A stretch of 32,371 nt of DNA from a virus (Duplodnaviria > Caudoviricetes): positions 1 to 32,371 of IMG/VR virus record IMGVR_UViG_3300007352_000460; one strand, written 5' to 3'. Both the position numbers and the translations under genes were made by a program. Below are positions 25,367-32,371 of the stretch, one piece after another; the stretch's first letter is position 1; the number at the start of each line of letters is the position of its first letter. The notes beneath the pieces are model-generated. The model was not told the DNA's origin. It saw nothing but the letters and a program-made list of their open reading frames with translations, and did not search any database.

Positions 25367-26155
25367 TTATATTGCAATAGTCACGGAGTTAAAAACCTCT
25401 TTAATTCGCTCTAGGCACCGCTGGTACTCGTCATGGTACCAGATCAGCATCTTCACCAGTCGCGGCGACAGGCTTACTCCTTCGGCTTGCTGCAGAAGGT
25501 ACTCAAGGTCGTTTATATCATCCCCAAGTTCGTCCCGGAGTTCCAGGGCCTGGGCAATGGTCATCCGGGCGGTCGCCGGTTCATCTTTCTCCCGCACCGC
25601 CCCCGCGGCCGCGGCAACGGGAATTGGGGTATTGATTTTCATTCCAAGCAAACCCCATTCAACTTTCAGCTTGGTCAGCGAAGAACGCCACATTGTCGGC
25701 AGTCCTAATTTAATGAGGACTGCGTCATCAGAGAGACCTTCTTGCTTGTACTGCAGATATGATTCTTTTGTAAGCTTTTCCTCCAGAATCTCCCGCTGCG
25801 TCTTCGGGCGCTCAGGCGGTTGCGCTCCTTCTGGCCCAGTCTGGCTGGCGTTACGCAAAACTTCGTAATTTTCATCCAAAACGGCAGTTTCGTTTCGCTC
25901 GACCGTTATTTCCATCTTGTCCTCCTTCTTTATTTTCTTTTTCCGTTTCCAATTGAAAAAGACGGGTTTTCTTGCGCCTGACTTTGTTGGAGGCACCCCG
26001 TACCTGGCCGCTATCTCCTCCGGGCTCATCCAGTATGTGATTACCGGCCCGGCGCCGGCGTAGCCGTCCCCAACGTCACTGCGCTCGAACGGGAAGCGTG
26101 GATATCCGCGCCTGCTATTCCGTATACTCAGGTTGTGGCCGCTCTGGCCAGCCAT
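25367..26155 (-). CDS. Hypothetical protein with a strong internal in-frame start at 25915
   Basis: 262-aa ORF. AAGGAGG RBS precedes the internal ATG (MEITVER). Confidence 0.65.
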   Translation of the reverse strand: MAGQSGHNLSIRNSRRGYPRFPFERSDVGDGYAGAGPVITYWMSPEEIAARYGVPPTKSGARKPVFFNWKRKKKIKKEDKMEITVERNETAVLDENYEVLRNASQTGPEGAQPPERPKTQREILEEKLTKESYLQYKQEGLSDDAVLIKLGLPTMWRSSLTKLKVEWGLLGMKINTPIPVAAAAGAVREKDEPATARMTIAQALELRDELGDDINDLEYLLQQAEGVSLSPRLVKMLIWYHDEYQRCLERIKEVFNSVTIAI

Positions 26156-26159
26156 GATA

Positions 26160-26927
26160 TCACCTTTTTTCTCTCCATTTCAACGCACTTCTTGCCCCAT
26201 CCTGACCGGGCGGGATCATGCCCGCATCCTGGGCCTCGGCTACCAGTACCACCTCTTTCGGAGTAAGCTCCGTCACATCCCGGCGCCCGGTCTTACACGG
26301 CGCCAGGCAGTATATATGCCTGGAGTTTACCCTAAAATAGCGGTAGTTGTGCTTGTTCTTGATTATCGCCGCCCGGAATTCCGCAATCCGGGCTCTGTGC
26401 TTTCCCAAGGTATCCTCTATCCATTCCGGTGGAAGGTCAACATTCAGGTCAGCATAATCCCTGGCAGTCCCCATGGCTGATAATGCAAGTAGCCAGTTTA
26501 GTTGTTCTTTTTGATTGAGTAAGAGTTCAATCCGGGTGTGATTCCATGCTATCCATGGGGCGCTCCCCTGCTCTAATCGCAGACTGACAGTTTTCTCTCT
26601 TTCAAATTTTGAGATTCTGGCGCCGATGTTTTTCAATTTCTCCAAGGTACCATGCAGAGGCCTCAGCGGTTCAAATTCCCCATTGCCTTTCGGGAAATGC
26701 AGAAAATATGCGTTTGTTAATACGGCCTCCCAGTATTTTTCCTGGTCGGGGCCAAGGTAGGTCAGCACCTCGGGTTGCCGTTTTTTCAGTTCATTCAGAA
26801 TGTAACGGACCGGATCCGGGATGGCTTCGATCGGCCAGGGCATTTCAAGTTTGAGCTGGCCATCTTGGAGGTAGATTTTAACGCCCATTTGCTGGGCTTG
26901 GGTGATGAAATTGCTGATTTCGCTCAT
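26160..26927 (-). CDS. Hypothetical protein, N-terminus TubC_N-like
   Basis: 255-aa ORF in the early operon. 'GVKIYLQDGQLKLEMP..ILNELKKRQPEVLTYL'. Confidence 0.6.
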   Translation of the reverse strand: MSEISNFITQAQQMGVKIYLQDGQLKLEMPWPIEAIPDPVRYILNELKKRQPEVLTYLGPDQEKYWEAVLTNAYFLHFPKGNGEFEPLRPLHGTLEKLKNIGARISKFEREKTVSLRLEQGSAPWIAWNHTRIELLLNQKEQLNWLLALSAMGTARDYADLNVDLPPEWIEDTLGKHRARIAEFRAAIIKNKHNYRYFRVNSRHIYCLAPCKTGRRDVTELTPKEVVLVAEAQDAGMIPPGQDGARSALKWREKR

Positions 26928-26934
26928 GGCTACG

Positions 26935-27150
26935 CTATCCCCGCCAAAGCCACATTATTAACCATGCAATACCAATTAGTAGCACCAGCATGGCACATTC
27001 CGCCATCATGAGTAAGTCCACCCAGGATCTGCTTATGTGTTTTTTCTGACGAAGCTGTTTTTGCTGTTCTTGAAATAGTTTTTCTAAGAATTTTTCTTCG
27101 GCTTCCCGCTCGGCCAGACTATGCCTGATTGCGGCAGCATTCAGTTTCAC
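26935..27150 (-). CDS. Small protein with C-terminal transmembrane helix
   Basis: Hydrophobic C-terminus 'LLMMAECAMLVLLIGIAWLIMWLW'. GAGGTG RBS. Confidence 0.65.
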   Translation of the reverse strand: MKLNAAAIRHSLAEREAEEKFLEKLFQEQQKQLRQKKHISRSWVDLLMMAECAMLVLLIGIAWLIMWLWRG

Positions 27151-27343
27151 GTTTTATCACCTCTCTTGCTTCAAACATCGGGCAAGCTTTTTTCAAACCA
27201 TGGATCAGGGTATCTTTCAGGTCCCCATTTTTAAAATCAATCTCAGTAGATATCTGGCAATTACCAATAGCTCGCCGCCGGTGCTCGAAGTGCCGGCAGT
27301 CCTTGCAGCGTGCTGACGACTTAGCCGCGGGTTTCACTATCAA
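27119..27343 (-). CDS. Small Cys-rich hypothetical protein
   Basis: CKDCRHF..C..CPMF. GGAGGTG RBS upstream. Confidence 0.6.
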   Translation of the reverse strand: MIVKPAAKSSARCKDCRHFEHRRRAIGNCQISTEIDFKNGDLKDTLIHGLKKACPMFEAREVIKRETECCRNQA

Positions 27344-27355
27344 ACCAGGTTTGAT

Positions 27356-27688
27356 TTAAATCACCTCCAAGCTTTTTTTAATCAACTGGTAAGGATGCTT
27401 TCTTTTAGCTACTGAAAACTGCTCTTGTTCCGCTATCCAGGCATCTAGTGATTCCTCCCTGAGAATAATCCTGGCGCCGATCCGGAAGTGAGGAATTTTA
27501 CCTCGTCTTATAGCTTCCCTGAGTTTTGTTTCACCGATGGCGCCCTGGAAGTATTCCTGCAAGGCCGTAGCAACGGTGTGAACACGTCTTGAGCGGTCTT
27601 CGGCGCCCGGTTTGGGTATTTTACGTCCACACTCTTGACAGAAATTTGCAGTATCGGGCGCCTTCGTGCCGCACTCCTGGCAGTACAT
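27356..27688 (-). CDS. Zn-ribbon plus excisionase-type HTH protein
   Basis: MYCQECG..FCQECG fused to 'IRRGKIPHFRIGARIILREESLDAWI'. Confidence 0.8.
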   Translation of the reverse strand: MYCQECGTKAPDTANFCQECGRKIPKPGAEDRSRRVHTVATALQEYFQGAIGETKLREAIRRGKIPHFRIGARIILREESLDAWIAEQEQFSVAKRKHPYQLIKKSLEVI

Positions 27689-28582
27689 TTAGTTATGATC
27701 CCTCCCTTCATCATTAATTTCCCGCTTTACAAAAACCATTGTCCGGCAACTATCACCTTGACGCATCCTAAGACCATACCTTTGCTTGTCTTTTTCCCGA
27801 AACTTTTTAACCAGCTCCTGGCGATGTAACTCCCTCAATATGAGTGTCAGGTTATACCTGTGTCTTTTCGCCCAGGTTTTCCATAGGTCGTATCTCACCA
27901 GCAAGTAATCGTCCCGCTCCAGAGCCAGTTTTTCACCTTTTTCCGCGTATTCGTTCCAGAGCCAGTTCAGGGCCTGCTTTGCCTGTTTGCTGAGGGTATG
28001 GGCTTCTGCTTCGGCTGCTTTGTGTGCCCTGAAGGTTTCCATCTGGGTAATTTTTTGTTCTTGCTTATTTGCAGAGGTTTCAAGTATTGAAATTATGTCA
28101 TCATAGTTATGGCCGGTTTCTTCCTGCGTCTGCCGGAGTAATCCAGCACGCAGGCGCAATTTCTCCGGTTTGGACAGGCCTTTGTTAAGTCTGGTGTCCT
28201 GACGCAGTGCAATACCGAGAGAATCCATCCAGGGGAAGGAGTTGCGTTTGGTGGGGTATGTGCCGGTTTTGCGGATTGCTGGTAATACTTCGTGAGTAAC
28301 CCACCGCTTGAATGCTTTGGCTTCAGGCTTGCGGCTGGTAAGAATTAGGGAGTAGAGGCCGGGCTCGTTGACAATATTTGTATTTTGTTGTCTGCCTAAA
28401 GCATCGATGACCTCAATAGTATTGACCTCATCTTCATCAAGTCGTTGAATCGTCATGGTTACATTTCCCAGTTCTAAAATTTCACAGACATCTTTTGCAA
28501 CAAACCATATCTGGCTGTTTTTTATAATTGTCCTTACGGGGTTTTCACCATATACAAAATCTTGCCTTTGCAGTGCTTTCAC
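27689..28582 (-). CDS. BRO-N antirepressor-like protein
   Basis: 'WFVAKDVCEIL..VNEPGLYSLILTSRKPEAKAFKRWVTHEVLPAIRKTG'. Confidence 0.9.
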   Translation of the reverse strand: MKALQRQDFVYGENPVRTIIKNSQIWFVAKDVCEILELGNVTMTIQRLDEDEVNTIEVIDALGRQQNTNIVNEPGLYSLILTSRKPEAKAFKRWVTHEVLPAIRKTGTYPTKRNSFPWMDSLGIALRQDTRLNKGLSKPEKLRLRAGLLRQTQEETGHNYDDIISILETSANKQEQKITQMETFRAHKAAEAEAHTLSKQAKQALNWLWNEYAEKGEKLALERDDYLLVRYDLWKTWAKRHRYNLTLILRELHRQELVKKFREKDKQRYGLRMRQGDSCRTMVFVKREINDEGRDHN

Positions 28583-28672
28583 TGTCCTGCCTCCTTCGCT
28601 TATGCTGGTACCGGTTTTGGCCTCCTTGGTGCCGTTTAATAGGCTGCTGGGATCGGGGTTAATCTCTTGGAA

Positions 28673-28897
28673 TCAATGCGACACTTTTTTTAAAAAAAAT
28701 AAATCTTCAAACTTTTTGTCAGGGAACAAAGCCAACAATTTTGCTATAAATCCTTCCCCAGGAATGCTGCGGTTAGTTTTAACTCTCCATAATTGAGTTC
28801 TGTCAATGCCCATTTTAACCGCTAATTCAGTATCGTTCAAAGAATGATCCTTTTGCAGTACCTCTAATACATCGATTTTAATTCCAATGTTGATCAT
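28673..28897 (-). CDS. Cro-like XRE HTH regulator
   Basis: 'ELAVKMGIDRTQLWRV..PGEGFIAKL..FEDLFFL', divergent from the repressor. Confidence 0.85.
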   Translation of the reverse strand: MINIGIKIDVLEVLQKDHSLNDTELAVKMGIDRTQLWRVKTNRSIPGEGFIAKLLALFPDKKFEDLFFLKKVSH

Positions 28898-28914
28898 AGA
28901 GCCACTCCCTTTTG

Positions 28915-29032
28915 GCATGGAATCCTTGCAATATTAGAATACCACTTGCGTGGAATATGTGCAATACTTTTTTTAAAAAAATATCAAAAAAATATAAATG
29001 TATTGCATTGACGCAATACAATAATTTATAAT
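28915..29032. promoter_or_regulatory. Lysis/lysogeny switch: divergent promoters and operators
   Basis: On -: TTGCAC-17-(TG)TATTCT (28964-28936). On +: TTGCAT-18-TATAAT (29003-29032). Palindrome TGTATTGC-N6-GCAATACA (28999-29020). Direct repeats GCRTGGAATnnnTGCAATA (28915-33, 28948-66). Confidence 0.72.
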
Positions 29033-29051
29033 TGCTTAGGGGGTTTAAAAA

Positions 29052-29501
29052 ATGGAACAAATAAATTTCGGGAAATGGCTAAAAAAACAAAGGGAAGTCG
29101 CCGGCTTTAAAAGCCAGAATGAGTTGGCAAATGTTTGTGGGGTAGACAACTCCACAATTGCCAGATTAGAGCGTGGTGAAACAAGACCAACACCTGATAC
29201 CCTTAAAAAAATAGCGCCTTTCTTGAAAGTTAATTACGAAGGTCTTATGTGCGCTGCTGGCTATATATGGTCAAGTGACAATAATAATGATTCTGTTCTA
29301 ATGTCAAAGATATCGAAATCAGAACAAAAAATCGTTTCTGCTTTAGCTAATGATCCAGATCTCTTAGAATTTTTTCAAGAATTAACCAAAAGAGAAGATT
29401 TACAGCTACTGTTTAAGCAGGTCAAGCTCCTATCTACAAATAGCATCAAGCGAATAATCCGTTACATAAAAATAGTGGAAGATGAAGAAGCAACAAAATA
29501 A
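29052..29501 (+). CDS. CI/ImmR-like XRE repressor
   Basis: 'FGKWLKKQRE..SQNELA..STIARLERGE..P.PDTLKKIA..LMCAAGY'. No S24 autopeptidase domain seen. Confidence 0.9.
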   Translation: MEQINFGKWLKKQREVAGFKSQNELANVCGVDNSTIARLERGETRPTPDTLKKIAPFLKVNYEGLMCAAGYIWSSDNNNDSVLMSKISKSEQKIVSALANDPDLLEFFQELTKREDLQLLFKQVKLLSTNSIKRIIRYIKIVEDEEATK

Positions 29502-29526
29502 TGATTGCTAAATATAAGAGGATTAT

Positions 29527-29889
29527 ATGAATTCCTTAGATTTAAGAAAAAAACCCAAATATCAAATACTACGTAGTCTTTTAGATAAAAACATTTGCCC
29601 TACTGAAGTAATGCGGGCCTTTGATATATTTCCGCATGAGGTCTCTCTGGGTGGTGAAGTAGCCGCTTTTGTTTATAAATCAAGAACGGGTTATTATCAT
29701 GTCTTTGTTAATCAGTTATTATCTCCAGAAACAAAACGGGAGGTATTTTTCCACGAGTTATACCACATCATTGAGGACATGCCCAAGCAAACATATATTC
29801 TAGGGATGGATATACAGCACAAAGAGACAGAGAAAAAGGCTGATCTCTTTTTTAGAGAGATAATGGAAGCTTACGCTGTTAGCAAATAA
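29527..29889 (+). CDS. ImmA/IrrE-family metallopeptidase (short form)
   Basis: 'VFVNQLLS..FFHELYH..EKKAD' (HExxH plus E), directly after the repressor. Confidence 0.82.
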   Translation: MNSLDLRKKPKYQILRSLLDKNICPTEVMRAFDIFPHEVSLGGEVAAFVYKSRTGYYHVFVNQLLSPETKREVFFHELYHIIEDMPKQTYILGMDIQHKETEKKADLFFREIMEAYAVSK

Positions 29890-29909
29890 ATAATAAAGGA
29901 GGGCTCACG

Positions 29910-31043
29910 GTGTCTTTCAAAGAAGAACTTCAAAAACTTTCAGTTCAAATCATTGAAAGAAAGAAACATATAACTAACGAAGAAATGACTAAGCAGGCCT
30001 TGATTATTCCCTTTCTTCAAGTTCTCGGCTATGATGTTTTTAACCCTCTGGAGGTAAAATCAGAATATATCTCAGATTTTGGTAAGAAGAAAGGTGAAAA
30101 AGCAGACTACGCAATCTTCAAAGATAATAAACCAATAATTTTTATTGAAGCTAAAGCAGTTACAGAAAACACAGATAACCACGATTCCCAACTGGCAAGG
30201 TATTTTAATGCCACTCCTGAAGTCAAATTGGCGATTATTACTAACGGAGTTACTTATAAATTTTTCACTGACGTAGATTCCAATAACATTATGGATGATA
30301 ACCCTTTTGCTGTGATTAACGTCACTGATTTATCAGCAAATGACATAGAAGTTTTAACCAGATTCAGGAAAGAAACTTTTGAGACAGAATCTTTAGTAAG
30401 ATATGCCGAAGACCTTATTTATACTTCAAATCTCAACGCAAAATTAAAAGACCTTTTTAAAAATCCATCAGATGATTTCATCCGTTACCTGATCAAAGAT
30501 TTCAGTGATACTCGTATTACCAGCAATGTAATAGAACGTTTTAGGCCTATAGTTAAAAAATCCATTTCAAATACCATCCTTGATATAGTTAGCCAGGGGA
30601 TTTTTCAGCAGGAAGCCGCCCCCACAGCCGAGGAGGAAAAATCTACTGAGGAAGCAGGTGATAATGAACAAATTACCAAGAAGCAAATTGCTACCACAGA
30701 AGAAGAGCTCAAGGGGTTTGAAATGATAAAAAAAATATTGGTGTCTAATGATAGGGATATTTCAAACTTGCAATACAAAGATACGGTTAACTACTTTGGC
30801 ATCTTTATTAAAAGCATATTTAAGTGGTTTATCCGGCTTAATTTAGAAAGCACAAATAAATATTTGATTATTAGGTTGCCGATGGAAATAGTGAGCCAAA
30901 ATGTTAGTGATTACAAAATAGAAGCAGCATCAAAGGGGCACGGAGAAGACAGCAGTAGAATTTTTATAGAATCACTAAATGATTTGCGTAATTTAGAAAG
31001 TTTGATTTTAAAAGGCTATGATGCGATAGATAAATCCTTATAA
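29910..31043 (+). CDS. HsdR_N-like PD-(D/E)xK nuclease-domain protein (putative defence)
   Basis: 'EEMTKQALIIPFLQVLGYDVFNP.EV..EKADYAI..IFIEAK..QLARYF..ITNG..YKFF'. No helicase, HsdM or HsdS present. Confidence 0.82.
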   Translation: MSFKEELQKLSVQIIERKKHITNEEMTKQALIIPFLQVLGYDVFNPLEVKSEYISDFGKKKGEKADYAIFKDNKPIIFIEAKAVTENTDNHDSQLARYFNATPEVKLAIITNGVTYKFFTDVDSNNIMDDNPFAVINVTDLSANDIEVLTRFRKETFETESLVRYAEDLIYTSNLNAKLKDLFKNPSDDFIRYLIKDFSDTRITSNVIERFRPIVKKSISNTILDIVSQGIFQQEAAPTAEEEKSTEEAGDNEQITKKQIATTEEELKGFEMIKKILVSNDRDISNLQYKDTVNYFGIFIKSIFKWFIRLNLESTNKYLIIRLPMEIVSQNVSDYKIEAASKGHGEDSSRIFIESLNDLRNLESLILKGYDAIDKSL

Positions 31044-31204
31044 TGGGCTTTTCAGCAGCGAAACTGGCCGAACATTTCAGCGTGACGCAAAGCTTCGCTA
31101 TAGACAAACTGAGGATTTTCCGTCATCGCCTACGGCAAGGCGGTATAAAAGTGAAAAAGTCCAGAGATCTGCTAAAACCTGAACTGTGGGAAGAGGTGAT
31201 TTAG
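31043..31204 (+). CDS. 53-aa ORF resembling the C-terminal HTH of long ImmA/IrrE proteins (not in ORF track)
   Basis: TAATG-coupled start. MGFSAAKLAEHFSVTQSFAIDKLRIFRHRLRQGGIKVKKSRDLLKPELWEEVI*. Stop abuts the integrase GTG. Confidence 0.55.
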   Translation: MGFSAAKLAEHFSVTQSFAIDKLRIFRHRLRQGGIKVKKSRDLLKPELWEEVI

Positions 31205-32371
31205 GTGGGCACTATCAAATATAACGAAAAGAAAAAATGTTATGAGATCCGGTACGATGCAGGATATGATGGCACCGGCAAGAGGATCCAAAAATACAAA
31301 GGCGGCTTTAAAAAAGAAAAGGAAGCAAAGGCATACCTAACCGATCAAGAGGCAAGTGTTAACCATGGAACCTATATAGAACCTCAAAAAATGTTCTTGT
31401 TCCAATACCTCAATAACTGGCTTGAGGGAAGAGAAGATGAGCTTTCGCTTACAACCTATAGCGGATATGAAATTAACATCCGGTGCCATATCAATCCATA
31501 CATTGGCGGGGTCCGACTGCAGGATCTCAAGGCAGCGCATATCAAAGACCTTTATAAGGAGTTAAAAAAGGACCGAGAAATTAAAGTCGATGGAGAAGTT
31601 AGGCATTTTAAGAAATTATCTGGCACCTCGATCCTTTATGTCCACCGTGTTTTGTCCAAAGCCCTCGAAGATGCATACGAAGAAGAAACAATAGCGAAAA
31701 ACCCGGCAAAATTGGCTAAACCACCAGCAAAAGACCCCTTTGAAGCTGGCTTTTTAACTGTAGAACAGATTAGAGAAACGCTAAATAAATTTCGAGATGA
31801 TGAAATGTATATTCCGGTTTATTTATCCGTTGTCCTTGGGCTCCGGAGAGGCGAAGTTCTTGGACTGCTATGGGAAAACATCGATCTAAAAAATAAGATT
31901 ATTCGTATTCGCAAAAACTATATCATGAAAAATGGACGCCCAGTATTGCAGGATAAAACAAAAACAGATACATCCAGAAGAGATATCGTAATTACTGATC
32001 GTATTGTGAATATGCTTAAGGAGCACCATAAAAAACAATCAAAAATGAAATTAGAGCTCGGGGGAAAATACTATAAATCAGATAGCGATTTTGTTTGCAC
32101 ATGGCCGAACGGAAAGCCTTTTAGCCCATCGCATGTTTCAGAAAGATTTAAACTCCGAATGAAAAAATACGGCCTCATATCGCTCCGGTTTCACGATCTG
32201 CGTCATTCCGCTGCCTCGTTGATGATCACTCAAAATGTCCCGATGAAAGGAGTAAGCGACCGCCTGGGCCACAGCACAATCGTAATTACAAATGACCTGT
32301 ATGGCCACATTGAAAGATCGGTCCAGGAAAAAATTGCTGAAGCCGTTGACAAAGCATTATGGGGTGAATGA
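31205..32371 (+). CDS. int: Tyrosine integrase
   Basis: Arm-binding N-terminus, SAM-like domain, catalytic GLRRGE, KT, FHDLRH, LGH and DLY. Confidence 0.96.
   Translation: MGTIKYNEKKKCYEIRYDAGYDGTGKRIQKYKGGFKKEKEAKAYLTDQEASVNHGTYIEPQKMFLFQYLNNWLEGREDELSLTTYSGYEINIRCHINPYIGGVRLQDLKAAHIKDLYKELKKDREIKVDGEVRHFKKLSGTSILYVHRVLSKALEDAYEEETIAKNPAKLAKPPAKDPFEAGFLTVEQIRETLNKFRDDEMYIPVYLSVVLGLRRGEVLGLLWENIDLKNKIIRIRKNYIMKNGRPVLQDKTKTDTSRRDIVITDRIVNMLKEHHKKQSKMKLELGGKYYKSDSDFVCTWPNGKPFSPSHVSERFKLRMKKYGLISLRFHDLRHSAASLMITQNVPMKGVSDRLGHSTIVITNDLYGHIERSVQEKIAEAVDKALWGE

Larger units (their letters stand above)
1..32371. mobile_element. Temperate siphovirus-like prophage (partial: tail tip to integrase)
   Basis: Canonical module order: integrase, immunity, replication, packaging, HK97 head, tail. 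No host housekeeping genes. An RBS (AAGGAGG on -) at about 7-13 indicates another tail gene left of the window. Confidence 0.97.

Noticed and set aside
29910-31043. Complete type I restriction-modification system
   Set aside because: Only an HsdR_N-like nuclease domain is present. No helicase motifs, hsdM or hsdS.
1-32371. Diversity-generating retroelement, invertible tail cassette, tRNA genes, att sites
   Set aside because: No reverse transcriptase, invertase, template/variable repeat pair or cloverleaf noticed by eye. The window ends at the integrase stop, so att cannot be seen.

Overview
The whole window is part of one temperate siphovirus-type prophage from a Firmicutes/Clostridia-like host (inferred from gene families, AGGAGG RBSs and sigA/sigH-type promoters). 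Reading right to left: tyrosine integrase; immunity region (CI-like repressor, ImmA-type protease, HsdR_N-type nuclease) on +; then on - Cro, BRO antirepressor, excisionase, recombination/replication genes (Gp157, ERF, SSB, GIY-YIG, SF2 helicase, PcfK/PcfJ remnant, DUF3102, VRR-NUC, primase-DUF927 helicase), an iteron/palindrome origin, an oppositely oriented hicAB operon, HK97-type packaging and head genes, and tail genes up to the tail tip. Lysis genes and att sites lie outside the window. Features the ORF track misses: a -1 programmed frameshift in the tail chaperone, three small ORFs, a structured terminated leader RNA ahead of the late genes, a sigH-like promoter on a lipoprotein moron, an HNH insertion that appears to have duplicated the 3' end of its neighbour, a collapsed pcfJ gene and a detached ImmA-like C-terminal ORF. 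I cannot show a wholly new system. The best candidates are the late-leader RNA with its Arg-rich Zn-ribbon neighbour and the immunity-region nuclease cassette. Family calls come from motif recognition, not database searches.
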